A DNA stretch of 63,964 nt, filler included, from Octopus bimaculoides (GCF_001194135.2; 6 parts of 5 records of this genome joined end to end with filler, not necessarily neighbours in it), one strand, 5' to 3'; counted from the whole stretch's first letter, positions 1 through 12,953 are shown. Numbers and translations: made by a program. Notes: generated from the sequence alone by a model not told the origin.

Positions 1-62
<62 letters not shown>

Positions 63-997
63 CATATATATATACATATATATACATTCATATATATATA
101 TATATATATATTCATATATATATATATATACACATGCATAATACATGGATATATGAACACGTGCATGTATGCACATGTGTGTGTTTGTGTGTGTTTGTTT
201 GCACACGTGTATATACATATACACATATATACACATATATACACAGATGTTTGCCAAATTGCATATATACATGCTTATACATATAAATATATAGACATAT
301 GGATGTATAGATGCATAGCTAGAAACCCACTTTCATCGACATTGATATGACATTACAGAAAGCCTGCCGAGAGACATATATAAATAAATTACTAAATCGC
401 GTGTTTAATACATACATATCGCTGTCTATACACTTAAGGGGAATATGGTTGTAGATAATTATGTCGAAGTGAGACAATATCTGAAGACGACTTATAAACG
501 TCAATGAAAACAAAAATAAAACATACATAAAATAAATCAATATAACTCATTCAGAAATATAGTGACATAGCAGTAATAAATATATATTTAACCAAGGAAT
601 GTCAATGTGACATGGATGAGGTTATAAAGCAGCTGGGTTTGAATTTTTGAGTCAGGAATTGGATCAGATACATCACTGAAATACTGTATGATCGTGGGAT
701 ATCGTGCGTCGGGAGAAGGAGTAAGAGGTAAGCCATCTGTATTGAAAGTAAATTGATTTTAAATTTTCTGTTTTGCGTCGAAGATTCAAGTGTCTACAGA
801 TCGAATTTTATTTTGAAGTATTTGTTTATTTAAAAGTTGCACGTTGGAAAATTGCCAAAGAAAGGATTTTGAATAATTCTAAGATAAATAGCTGTCAGTT
901 TTTTGTTTCTTTGGTATATTTTGCAAGTGAAGTAATATTTAAATTAATTTAGGAAGATGTGCTGAGGTTCTTTAGTGACCTTATATGTAAAGACAAA

Positions 998-1230
998 GGC
1001 GTGGGGAGCTGGCAGAAACGTTAGCACGCCGGGCGAAATGCTTAGCGGTATTTCGTCTGCCGTTACGTACTAAGTTCAAATTCCGCCGAGGTCGACTTTG
1101 CCTTTCATCCTTCCGGGGTCGATTAAATAAGTACCAATTACGCACTAGGGTCGATGTAATCAGCTTAATACCTTTGTCTGTCCTTGTTTGTCCCCTCTAA
1201 GTTTAGCCCTTTGTGGACAATAAGGACAAA
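998..1230 (+). mobile_element. tRNA-derived SINE (family B here), full length with 14-bp TSD
   Basis: Head agctggcagaaacgttagc with B-box-like gttcaaattcc. TSD tatgtaaagacaaa at 984-997 and 1231-1244. Many related copies in the window. Confidence 0.8.
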
Positions 1231-1290
1231 TATGTAAAGACAAAAAGCAGGGAACATTTTGTTTGGGTTGCGTGTGTATATGTATATATA

Positions 1291-1519
1291 TTTATTTCTT
1301 TATTGCTCACAGGTGGCTAAACATAGAGGGAACAAGAACGGACAAAGGGATTAAGTCGATTACATCGACCCAAGTGCGCAACTGGTACTTATTTAATCGA
1401 CCCCCGAAAGGATGAAAGGCAAAGTCGACCTCGGTGGAATTTGAACTCAGAACGTAGCGGCAGACGAAATACCGCTAAGCATTTCGCCCGGCGTGCTAAC
1501 GTTTCTGCCTGCTCGCCCT
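1291..1519 (-). mobile_element. tRNA-derived SINE (family B), inverted copy
   Basis: Reverse-complement match to 998-1230. Confidence 0.8.
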
Positions 1520-2394
1520 CCTATATGTGTATATATATTGAACCATTACTAAGTAAACTATTACTACAATACTGGGAGAGTAAATATTACAAGCTACTGT
1601 AAAGATTACAAGCACATCATATTCGGAACTATACTTAAAAGATTCTAACATAGTCACAATGTCACACATAACACCCTCTTAAACTGTCACACCACCTCGC
1701 AACGTCACATCTAATGTTCACTGACGCTTCCACCACGCCACACTGTAATGTTACATAACCACGTGACAGCTACCACACAGTAACTGGTACACCCGCTCAC
1801 AACGTCATGCTGGCAACAACTGTACTACATGTAACAAAGCATAATGCAGCGTCATAACCGTCACAACGTCACACAACCGGTGCACTTATGTCATTGCAGC
1901 TTATGATGTCGCGCCTAGTGCACCCTATAATTATGCTTTACCTCATCATGCACACACAGCGTACTCTAATATTCTACGACACCTGACAACGTCATACTAC
2001 ATCACAGTGCACCATACCATAAAAATGCCGTACCGCATTACATTACGCTGTACCAGATCAAACCAACACAATACTAGATCACACCTGATCAACACCATAA
2101 TAACACCACACCACGCCAAACCAAGCCACACGGCATTGCAACATACCACTCCCACCCTATGCAACACTACGCTGCATTATACAACATTAACACCACATAA
2201 CGCAACGTCACCACGTTAACACCGCTCCGCACCGCACCGCAATGCACAGCATCGCACCATACCGCACCCAGGCCCAGAGCTAAACATCACGAAAGACCCA
2301 GCCATAACATCACATAACTTCACATAACGTAACTACTCTCTCCTGACTGTTATTAAAAGACAATCACCATTTTCTTTGCACGAACGAGCTGATC

Positions 2395-2441
<47 letters not shown>

Positions 2442-2615
2442 TAATAATAATAATGATAATAATAATAATAATAATAATGATAATAATAATAATGATAATA
2501 ATAATAATAATAATAATAATAGCAACAACAAAAACAACGACAACAATATTAATAATAATGAAGATGCAGAAAAAAGAAAGAAAGAAAGAACAACGACGAC
2601 AACAACAACAACAGC
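2395..2615. repeat. (AAT)n/(AAC)n microsatellite
   Basis: Directly visible. Source of the poly-Ile, poly-Leu and poly-Gln ORFs. Confidence 0.95.
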
Positions 2616-2836
2616 AACAACAAAGCGAAACAGTTTTTTCCACTTAAGAGAAATCAATGAATGATTTATCGTAACGACTCTCACCTCAAGTCTTCGATCT
2701 ACAACATTTAAACGCCAATCGTTAACAACCATCTATCGATCAAATCGATCGATCCATTCATTCACGTTATTATTAATCAGACACAACTAGCTGATTGGCT
2801 GGAATTGTGAACAACAAGACTATTAAAACACCAGAC

Positions 2837-2881
<45 letters not shown>

Positions 2882-3568
2882 AAGACATAAATGTATGTGT
2901 GTGTGTATATATATATGTGCATATATATATGTATGTATATTTATACACACAAACACACACACCATGGACATACACGCATACCTTTACACAACCAATCCTC
3001 GTTAACCTTAAATCGTGTTTGCTTCATCGATTCCTTGTTGGATTGTTTCTTTAACTTTACGCGTGTTCACAAGGACTTCCCTTACTAAGCAAGTGACGTG
3101 TTCAATGTGTGACGTCTTCCTCATTACTTAATACTAAAGAAAATTTACTCGTCTCTATCAACATTTAAAGCTGGGGGAATCTAGTTCTGCGACTGTATTC
3201 AATATTAAAAGGTGGGCGGGCAGAATCGTTAACACGCCGGGTTAAAATGCTTAGCGGCATTTCGTTCGTCTTTATGATCCGAGCTCAAATTCCGCCGAGG
3301 TCGACTTTGCCTTTTATCTTTTTGAGGTCAATAGAATAAGTACCAGCTGAGATCTGGAATCGCAACGTATTGTAAAGCTATATGTTATTAATAACCATAA
3401 CACTGTTTACCTATCAATTTTCTGAAGATGTAACATCTATCTCTATTTCGGAAAATGGCACAAGCATATTCCTAACAACAATAGTTATCAGATGACTAAT
3501 TAATATATAGACTAATTAGTATATAGCAATAGCAACATTAAGTATCATAAGTACTGATTATATATTCA

Positions 3569-3638
3569 TTTATTGCCATATATTAATTTATCGCGAGTTT
3601 CCGCCATGGTTTTCCTGATGAATTTTGTGGGTCATATT
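3569..3638 (-). CDS. Candidate terminal exon of the orphan gene, with poly(A) signal
   Basis: Acceptor atatttttcag at 3639, with a perfect TACTAAC branch point at 3679-3673. Reads NMTHKIHQENHGGNSR* in phase 0 or YDPQNSSGKPWRKLAIN* in phase 1. AATAAA at 3574-3569. Confidence 0.4.
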
Positions 3639-3676
3639 CTGAAAAATATTATTGCATCTTGTGTATTTGTTTGTTA

Positions 3677-3747
<71 letters not shown>

Positions 3748-3812
3748 CGCGTAAACAAAGAATAGTATAATTGCTAATCTAGAAATGAGCAAAGAAGGAA
3801 AACCACTAACAC

Positions 3813-3950
3813 GTAATTTATAAACGGCGTTTGTAAGGGGAACAGTAAAAATATGGAAGACTTCTGTAAAGTTCAACATGTGATTCCAAATGCCTGTTGT
3901 TATCCAAATGTCAGCAATTTGAATTATGTGTCTTTGCGAGAAACCAGCTT
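3813..3950 (-). CDS. Possible alternative or penultimate exon of the orphan gene
   Basis: Tandem AAG acceptors at 3950 and 3947. One frame is open (AGFSQRHIIQIADIWITTGIWNHMLNFTEVFHIFTVPLTNAVYKL); another gives RSWFLAKTHNSNC*. The donor at 3813 (gtgtta) is weak. Confidence 0.25.
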
Positions 3951-4423
3951 CTTTATAAAATGAATTCAAATAATAATATTAGGAATAAGAATAATGATGA
4001 TGATGCTGCTGCTGATGATGATGATGATGATGATAATAACAATAATAACAACAATAATGATAATAACACCATATATGTTATTCAATATGTACATGTAAAC
4101 GACGTAATGAATTATGTGCAAAGATGTATGCATGTATATATGTGCATTTGCGTGTATGTGTGTATTTGCATATGGACGTATATCGGCTTATATATATATA
4201 TACACAATGAAGTACATGCAAATACATTTATATATATATATATATANNNNNNNNNNNNNNNNNNNNNNNNNNNNNNNNNNNNNNNNNNNNNNNNNNNNNN
4301 NNNNNNNNNNNNNNNNNNNNNNNNNNNNNNNNNNNNNNNNNNNNNNNNNNNNNNNNNNNNTTTATACATACGTAAATGAATACGAACATAGTTGCACACA
4401 GACATACAAACAGTTAAAATTAC

Positions 4424-4478
4424 ATGTACAGTGTCTAAATTCCAATGACAGAATTTGTTTCCATATTGGAAACTTTCC
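4424..4478 (-). CDS. Candidate orphan gene exon (3' part, uncertain)
   Basis: Acceptor tttctcttttggaaag and donor AT|gtaatt. 55 nt, phase 2 to 0: (R)ESFQYGNKFCHWNLDTVH. Alternative donors exist at 4430 and 4408. Confidence 0.35.
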
Positions 4479-4522
4479 CTTTCCAAAAGAGAAATTGCAA
4501 TAATAAAACCAAGAGATAAATG

Positions 4523-4567
<45 letters not shown>

Positions 4568-4858
4568 ATATAAGTGTGCGTGTACGTGTATATATATATT
4601 AAGTTTTGTATCTAACAAACACACGCATACACGAATATACATATATATGAAATACATATATATGAAATAAAACGTATAACAGTATGCAGAATACGAATAT
4701 ACTAATGAATAAACACATGCATTCATACATTTTAAATTTATACATAGAAAGAAAAAGAGAGAGAGAGAGAGGGAGAGAGGGAGAGAGAGAGAGAGAGAGT
4801 AGGAGGGGGAGAGCGAGGGAGAGAGACTGTGAGACACATATACCAATTTATATACGTA

Positions 4859-4892
<34 letters not shown>

Positions 4893-5540
4893 AATATATA
4901 CATGCACACGCGCATACATACACATATATATATATGTATATAAGTATGTATATATGTGTATATATATATATGTATGTAAATGTGTATATGTNNNNNNNNN
5001 NNNNNNNNNNNNNNNNNNNNNNNNNNNNNNNNNNNNNNNNNNNNNNNNNNNNNNNNNNNNNNNNNNNNNNNNNNNNNNNNNNNNNNNNNNNNNNNNNNNN
5101 NNNNNNNNNNNNNNNNNNNNNNNNNNNNNNNNNNNNNNNNNNNNNNNNNNNNNNNNNNNNNNNNNNNNNNNNNNNNNNNNNNNNNNNNNNNNNNNNNNNN
5201 NNNNNNNNNNNNNNNNNNNNNNNNNNNNNNNNNNNNNNNNNNNNNNNNNNNNNNNNNNNNNNNNNNNNNNNNNNNNNNNNNNNNNNNNNNNNNNNNNNNN
5301 NNNNNNNNNNNNNNNNNNNNNNNNNNNNNNNNNNNNNNNNNNNNNNNNNNNNNNNNNNNNNNNNNNNNNNNNNNNNNNNNNNNNNNNNNNNNNNNNNNNN
5401 NNNNNNNNNNNNNNNNNNNNNNNNNNNNNNNNNNNNNNNNNNNNNNNNNNNNNNNNNNNNNNNNNNNNNNNNNNNNNNNNNNNNNNNNNNNNNNNNNNNN
5501 NNNNNNNNNNNNNNNNNNNNNNNNNNNNNNNNNNNNNNNN

Positions 5541-5574
<34 letters not shown>

Positions 5575-6469
5575 AATATATATATAAAGATAGATATACA
5601 AATATATATATATATACATATATATATAAATATATGTATATGAAAATAATATATATTTACACAGATGTATATATAAATATATATACATGCATATATATAT
5701 ATATATATAAACACATACATATATATACCTATACTTACATACGTATATATATATATATACATATATATACATGTGTGTGTCTGTCTATATATGTATATGT
5801 GTGTGTCTGTAACAAATGAGTCGAATCTTAGTAAATCTATTTCAGTAAGTTGATTATTTTGTCTCGCTTATTTTTTTTTTATTGTTGTCATTGTTTCTCT
5901 TGCTGTTGTCCTAGTTCTTGTTGTTCTCGTTGCTTCTCTCTATCCTTTGTTTATTTTAGTTCTTTTGGTATTTAAAAACATTTTTTGTTTTAATTTGTTT
6001 CTTATTCATCTTCGTATATTTATTCTTATATAAATTATTCTTATATTTATCATCATCATCATTATTACTACTACTACTACCATTAGTAATATAACTATCA
6101 TTATTGTTGTTACTAAAATTATTGTTATTATTACTATTATTATTATTAGCATTATTGTTGTTATTATTATTATTATTGTTGTTGTTGTTGTTCTTATGTT
6201 CTATGCTGTGAAATTTTAGTCTTTCAGTATCCAAATTATATTGTTTGCATCTTCCAATCTTCACCTTGTTTTACCCCATCTTCATTCGTTCTGTCACCTT
6301 TCCGTTCCATCTTTTTCACTTCCTTTGTTTTCTTCTTTCTTTTTCTTCTTTCATTCCTTCCTGTAGTTTTTCTGTTCCTTCCTTCCTTCCATCTTCGTTT
6401 CCTTCTTTACACTTTTATTTCCTTCCGTTGTGCTGCCATGCTTACCTACCTACCTACCTACCTACCTAC

Positions 6470-6530
<61 letters not shown>

Positions 6531-6531
6531 G

Positions 6532-6562
<31 letters not shown>

Positions 6563-6662
6563 NNNNNNNNNNNNNNNNNNNNNNNNNNNNNNNNNNNNNN
6601 NNNNNNTTAATTAATTAANNNNNNNNNNNNNNNNNNNNNNNNNNNNNNNNNNNNNNNNNNNN

Positions 6663-7553
6663 ACTGCCTGACTGGCCTTCGTAGGATTTTCGAGCGAGAT
6701 CATTGCCAGTGCCCCTGGACTGGCTCTTGTGCGGGTGGCACATAAAAGACACCATTTCGAGCGTGGCCGTTGCCAGTATCGCCTGACTGGCCTTCATGCG
6801 GGTGACACGTAAAAGCACCCACTACACTCTCTAAGTGGTTGGCGTTAGGAAGGGCATCCAGCTGTAGAAACTCAGCCAAATTTAGATTGGAGTCTGGTGC
6901 TGCCATCCGGTTTCACCAGTCTTCAGTCAAATCGTCCAACCCATGATGATGATGATGATGATGATGATATAAGACCTGTTGAGGCAAGTGAAATCGAAAT
7001 TGAACCAAATTCAACAACTGGCACCCATGCAGACCTCTCCTTCATTGGACACTAAACTTGGTTTTTGAAGACCTGTTGGGGCAAGTGAAATCAAAATCAT
7101 GATGGCACTTGTACCAGTGGAGCGCTAAGAGCACCATGTAAGCCTGATCATTGCCAGAGCAGCTGTCTGACTTCCATGCCAGTGGCATGTAAATAGCACC
7201 ATTTGAGCATGATCACTACCAGCGTCACCTTACTGGCACTTGTGCCGGTGGCACGTGAAAAAACATTTGAGCGAGATCGTTGCCAGTACTGCTGGACTGA
7301 CTCCTGTGCAGGTGGCATGTAAAATACATCATTTTGAGCGTGGCCGTCGCCAGTACCACCAGACTGGCCTTCGTGCTGGTGGCACGTAAAAGCACCCACT
7401 ACACTCTTGGAGTGGTTGGCCTTAAGAAGGGCATCAAGCTGTAGAAACTCTGCCAAATCAGATTGGAGCCTGGTGTAGCCACCTGGTTTGTCAGTCCTCA
7501 GTCAAATCGTCCAACCCATGCTAGCATGGAAAGTGGACATTAAACGATGATGA
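6663..7553 (+). mobile_element. Two tandem 3' fragments of an RTE-clade LINE
   Basis: Same 3' tail (ttggcgttaggaagggcatccagctgtagaaac...aacccatgctagcatggaaag...(gat)n) as the RTE copy at 22.2-23.1 kb. Confidence 0.7.
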
Positions 7554-7963
7554 CATATATGTGTGTGAGTGTGTGTGTGTGTGTGCACTTTTGTGTCTGT
7601 GTTTATGTCCCCGTAATTAGCGGTTCGGCATAACAGATCGATAGAATACATACCAAGCTTAACAAAATTAGTGGTGGGGTCGATTCGTCTGACTAAAATT
7701 CTTCAAGGCCACGTTGTAATAACTGAAACACATCAGGAATTAATATTCAAGTGGAAGAGGAATTTAATCATTACAATGACAGCCAATGCGCTGTATCACT
7801 TTAAAAGGTATTTGCATTAATCTACCTGACTAATAATTTACAGCTGACCAAAATTCATCCAAAAAAACTAGATGTCCAAAAGCAAGAAAACATATAAGCA
7901 AAACAAAAATAATAATAATGAAATAAATGCAGCAAAGAAAACCATTACACTTTTTAATCATAC

Positions 7964-8097
7964 CTTTTAGTGTTTCCTGATGGATCCGTGTATGTCAAAA
8001 TTACATTTCCTTTAGAAACTGTAAAGTGAACAGACTTTATACTTCCTAAGTTATTTGGAAATTGTACAGAAGGAGATATGACATTGAATTGGCAGAT
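7964..8097 (-). CDS. Candidate orphan gene exon
   Basis: Acceptor ttatttcatacag and donor AG|gtatga. 134 nt, only frame 0 open: ICQFNVISPSVQFPNNLGSIKSVHFTVSKGNVILTYTDPSGNTK. Reading through the donor gives RYD*. Confidence 0.6.
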
Positions 8098-8539
8098 CTG
8101 TATGAAATAATGAGATACAAATGAATTAAGCTGAATAAAAGAAGTATAATAAAAAGAAGAAAAATCCAATAATAAATTTTCGGATAATACCAATTTCAAA
8201 TTTTGACACAAAGCCAGCAATTTTATGGAGAGTGGGCAAGTTGATCGCATCGACTCAAGTGATCAATTCTTTTACTGACCCCAAAAGGATGAAAGGCAAA
8301 GTCAACCTCAGTGGAATTTGAACTTTTAATGCAAAAATTTAACTTATGATGAAAGTAAACAAACAAAGTTTGCTTCAGAAGCGTTGAGATATTTTGAAAG
8401 ATACAGAAATAATTTATTCTCAAACACATGATGATGCTAATACAATAGCATAAACAGGATAAGCTAGCTATGTATTGCAGAAAAAATCATTACCGGCCAG
8501 CCAGCCATGAGAGTCAAACTCACATCCCTGTGATTACAC

Positions 8540-9318
8540 GTCAAGTGCTTTAACCTTTAAGCTAAACTGCCCAGTAACGAATTCTTCTGCAATATATATG
8601 ACCTTTGGAAATATGCTGTGCATGAGAAGACTCAGAAAGATAAGTGAGACCATAACATGTGGCCTTTACCAGGGGTGTAGCCAGGCCACTTATGCGTACC
8701 TTTCCTTCTTTGGACACAAAACCCTGCTTGCGAAGACCTGTTGAGGCAAGTAAAATCGAAATCGAAATTGAACCAAATTCAATGACTGGCACCCATGCCA
8801 ACCTTCCTTCAGTGGATACTAAACTCAGCTTGCGAAGACCTGTTGGGGCAAGTGAGATCGAAACTGAATCAGATTTGATGACTGGCACCTGTGCCAGTGG
8901 AGCACTAACAGCATCATCCAAGCAGGATCGCTGACAGAGCAGCAGTCTCGCTTCCATGCCGGTGGCACGTAAAAAGCACCACTTGAGCGCGATCATTTCC
9001 AGCTTCACTTTACTGGCACTTGTGCTGGTAGCATGTAAACAAAACATTGGACTGACTCCTGTGCAGGTGGCACGTAAAAAACACCATTTGAGCATGGCTG
9101 TTGCCAGTACCGCCAGACTGGCCCTCGTGCTGGTGGCACGTAAAGAGCACCCACTACACTCTCTGAGTGGTTGGCGTTAGGAAGGGCATCCAGCTGTAGA
9201 AACTCTGCCAGATCAGATTGGAGTCAGGTGTAGCCATTTGGTTTGCCAGTCCCCAGTCAAATCGTCCAACCCATGCTAGCATGGAAAGCGGACGTTAAAT
9301 GATGATGATGATGATGAT
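8540..9318 (+). mobile_element. RTE LINE 3' UTR fragment
   Basis: Matches 22510-23095 and ends in (GAT)n. Confidence 0.75.
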
Positions 9319-10657
9319 CAATTATAAGCTAGATGCTTATAAGTGATCACCATGTACTGGCTAAAGAAAATAGTCTAATATAGGAGCATATAAACCCTTG
9401 ATGCAAAAAAGTGGGGGTTTTTGTGCACACACACAAATAGGCTTCTTTCAGTTTCCATCGGACAAATCCACTCACAAGATTTTGGTCNNNNNNNNNNNNN
9501 NNNNNNNNNNNNNNNNNNNNNNNNNNNNNNNNNNNNNNNNNNNNNNNNNNNNNNNNNNNNNNNNNNNNNNNNNNNNNNNNNNNNNNNNNNNNNNNNNNNN
9601 NNNNNNNNNNNNNNNNNNNNNNNNNNNNNNNNNNNNNNNNNNNNNNNNNNNNNNNNNNNNNNNNNNNNNNNNNNNNNNNNNNNNNNNNNNNNNNNNNNNN
9701 NNNNNNNNNNNNNNNNNNNNNNNNNNNNNNNNNNNNNNNNNNNNNNNNNNNNNNNNNNNNNNNNNNNNNNNNNNNNNNNNNNNNNNNNNNNNNNNNNNNN
9801 NNNNNNNNNNNNNNNNNNNNNNNNNNNNNNNNNNNNNNNNNNNNNNNNNNNNNNNNNNNNNNNNNNNNNNNNNNNNNNNNNNNNNNNNNNNNNNNNNNNN
9901 NNNNNNNNNNNNNNNNNNNNNNNNNNNNNNNNNNNNNNNNNNNNNNNNNNNNNNNNNNNNNNNNNNNNNNNNNNNNNNNNNNNNNNNNNNNNNNNNNNNN
10001 NNNNNNNNNNNNNNNNNNNTAGAAGTGATTGCAGAAATAACTGAGAACATTTACCGATTTTACTATCACAAATAGAGACCAACTGCATTGACCTTTCACA
10101 GGTAACAACAGCAATAATACTGTTTGAGGTTTATGGCAAGCTGTTGATACGGCAGCCTACAGTTTGTCCTACATAACTGGAAACAATTGTGTTGTATTCG
10201 TGGTGAAGGAGGTTTTTGGTAATTCGTCTGAGCCATCTGCATAGGCTGTCTGGTGTGTGGAAAGAATGGAGACACTTATTGCTCAGTTGCCTCGACATTC
10301 TGCAATTAATTACTGCCAAAAGTGGCCTTTTATAAGAAGAAGACCGTCCCTTCCTACCCCTCTAGCTATGCTAGTGAATCCCCACTACACCAGAGAATTC
10401 TATCTCCCTATCTCTATCTGCCTATCTGTTTTCCCAGATCCATACAAGCTGGACATGTTTTCTACTTTGGTGCAGGCGCGATGCGGACGTGTGGTTAAGA
10501 AACATGTTTCCTAACCATGTAGTCTCAGGTTCAATCAAACTGCACAGCACTATAGAAATGAGTATTCTACTATAGCTCTGGGTTGACCAAAGCCTTGTGA
10601 CTGGATTTGGCAGATGGAAACTGAGAGAACCCCACTGTATGTTTCTATATATATGTG

Positions 10658-10690
<33 letters not shown>

Positions 10691-10692
<2 letters not shown>

Positions 10693-10915
10693 ATGGCCAT
10701 TGCCAGTACCGCCTGACTGGCTTTCATGCGGGTGACACGTAAAAGCACCCACTACACTCTCTGACTGGTTGGTGTTAGGAATGGCATCCAGCTGTAGAAA
10801 CTCTGCCAAATCAGATTGGAGCCTGATGTTGCCATCCGGTTTCACCAGTCCTCAGTCAAATCGTCCAACCCATGCTAGCTTGGAAAGCGGACGTTAAACG
10901 ATGATGATGATGATG
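10691..10915 (+). mobile_element. RTE LINE 3' tail
   Basis: Same tail, ending in (GAT)n. Further pieces at about 13349-13465, 16345-16615, 52765-53053 (+) and 54860-55060 (-). Confidence 0.7.
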
Positions 10916-12056
10916 ATATATATATATATNNNNNNNNNNNNNNNNNNNNNNNNNNNNNNNNNNNNNNNNNNNNNNNNNNNNNNNNNNNNNNNNNNNNNNN
11001 NNNNNNNNNNNNNNNNNNNNNNNNNNNNNNNNNNNNNNNNNNNNNNNNNNNNNNNNNNNNNNNNNNNNNNNNNNNNNNNNNNNNNNNNNNNNNNNNNNNN
11101 NNNNNNNNNNNNNNNNNNNNNNNNNNNNNNNNNNNNNNNNNNNNNNNNNNNNNNNNNNNNNNNNNNNNNNNNNNNNNNNNNNNNNNNNNNNNNNNNNNNN
11201 NNNNNNNNNNNNNNNNNNNNNNNNNNNNNNNNNNNNNNNNNNNNNNNNNNNNNNNNNNNNNNNNNNNNNNNNNNNNNNNNNNNNNNNNNNNNNNNNNNNN
11301 NNNNNNNNNNNNNNNNNNNNNNNNNNNNNNNNNNNNNNNNNNNNNNNNNNNNNNNNNNNNNNNNNNNNNNNNNNNNNNNNNNNNNNNNNNNNNNNNNNNN
11401 NNNNNNNNNNNNNNNNNNNNNNNNNNNNNNNNNNNNNNNNNNNNNNNNNNNNNNNNNNNNNNNNNNNNNNNNNNNNNNNNNNNNNNNNNNNNNNNNNNNN
11501 NNNNNNNNNNNNNNNNNNNNNNNNNNNNNNNNNNNNNNNNNNNNNNNNNNNNNNNNNNNNNNNNNNNNNNNNNNNNNNNNNNNNNNNNNNNNNNNNNNNN
11601 NNNNNNNNNNNNNNNNNNNNNNNNNNNNNNNNNNNNNNNNNNNNNNNNNNNNNNNNNNNNNNNNNNNNNNNNNNNNNNNNNNNNNNNNNNNNNNNNNNNN
11701 NNNNNNNNNNNNNNNNNNNNNNNNNNNNNNNNNNNNNNNNNNNNNNNNNNNNNNNNNNNNNNNNNNNNNNNNNNNNNNNNNNNNNNNNNNNNNNNNNNNN
11801 NNAGGGTGATGGTGATGACGATGATGATAATGATGATGATCATGATGATGACAAAGACGATGATGACAACAACAATGATAATGATGACGTTGATGAATTT
11901 TAAAAATTTCAAATGAAATACAATGATCTGCAGCCATGAAGATAAAATTATTATTTTTTTTCCAATTTAATACATGAAAAAGATGTTTGCTGAACTCATG
12001 CTGTGAATTCAGTATAGCTACAACTAATTATCTTTGCAAAAAGGAAATAAACTTAC

Positions 12057-12128
12057 AGTTTGCGTAACGTTGTTGCAATCCATCTGTGCACAAGGTAACC
12101 ATTTATATATAGCTGACTTTGTCATATT
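12057..12128 (-). CDS. Candidate orphan gene exon
   Basis: Acceptor ttttattttagttttcag and donor CT|gtaagt. 72 nt, phase 0 to 0: NMTKSAIYKWLPCAQMDCNNVTQT. The other two frames contain stops. Confidence 0.6.
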
Positions 12129-12676
12129 CTGAAAACTAAAATAAAAATACAGAATGAGTATTTTCTCAAGATCTAACTCTCACAGTCCCAGTTACATAGT
12201 TTTCTGTTGCCTATAACTGACTGACATCACGTTTCCCCTGGACAACTAATCCCTTGCAGGGTTATTCATTTACAGTTGAGCGAACTTAAGTTATGTGAAA
12301 TGAAGTGTTTTGCAGAAGGACACAATACACTGCCCAGACCAGGGATTGAACACGAGATCTTGCAATCATGAGTGCAATACCCTAACCATTAAGCTACATG
12401 CCTTCACAAATGAAAGATTAGCAATAAAAATACTTTTTGTTTGTATTTTAATGTATTGGGTCATCCCATAAATAGTCGGAGGGTGATGGGATAAACTACC
12501 TGCATTAACTTGTTATAAAAGCAGGTAGTAATTTTACTTTGTAGTTATTCTTAATGTGAGTTTTAAAAACAGATTCAGCCGCAAGGTGGTGCTCCAGCAT
12601 GGCCAGAGTCAAATGACCAAAACAAGTAAAAGCGATATATATATATTTTTCCTCTTATTATCATCTCTTATTCATT

Positions 12677-12793
12677 TCTTTCGAAGAGCGTAGGCTCACA
12701 ACGTAAAAGACTTTTTCATTTTTCCCAAGTGTCAAATTAATACATTTGTTTGTCCATACACTTGTCTTCATCTTTTGTTTTCCTATAAATTTC

Positions 12794-12827
<34 letters not shown>

Positions 12828-12953
12828 GGGAGAATTTACGAAAAAAAACAAGACGAAGACAGGTGGTGTAAACAACAAACAGATGTATTAGTATAATGCT
12901 CGGGAATAGAGAGAGTCTTTAACGTTTCGAGCCTACGCTCTTCAACTGAAAGG
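12677..12953. mobile_element. Inverted pair of Penelope-type terminal-repeat fragments with decayed hammerhead-like motif
   Basis: gaagagcgtaggctc(g)aaacgt.aaagac occurs on + at 12682-12711 and on - at 12915-12945. The arms are diverged but homologous over about 120 bp and meet at a (TA)n tract. Confidence 0.45.

Noticed and set aside
597-735. Plus-strand exon candidate ending GAG|gtaagc at about 728
   Set aside because: The donor is good, but all frames from the upstream AG hit stops and no downstream + exon was found. A UTR exon cannot be excluded.
1560-2330. CA-rich region with ORF 2007-2219
   Set aside because: Degenerate ACACC/ACCGC pentamer low-complexity sequence with no coding signature.
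6607-6618. TTAATTAATTAA between N runs (also 13293, 39649, 58211, 62902)
   Set aside because: An identical 12-mer always embedded in Ns is a scaffolding spacer with stops in all frames, not biology.
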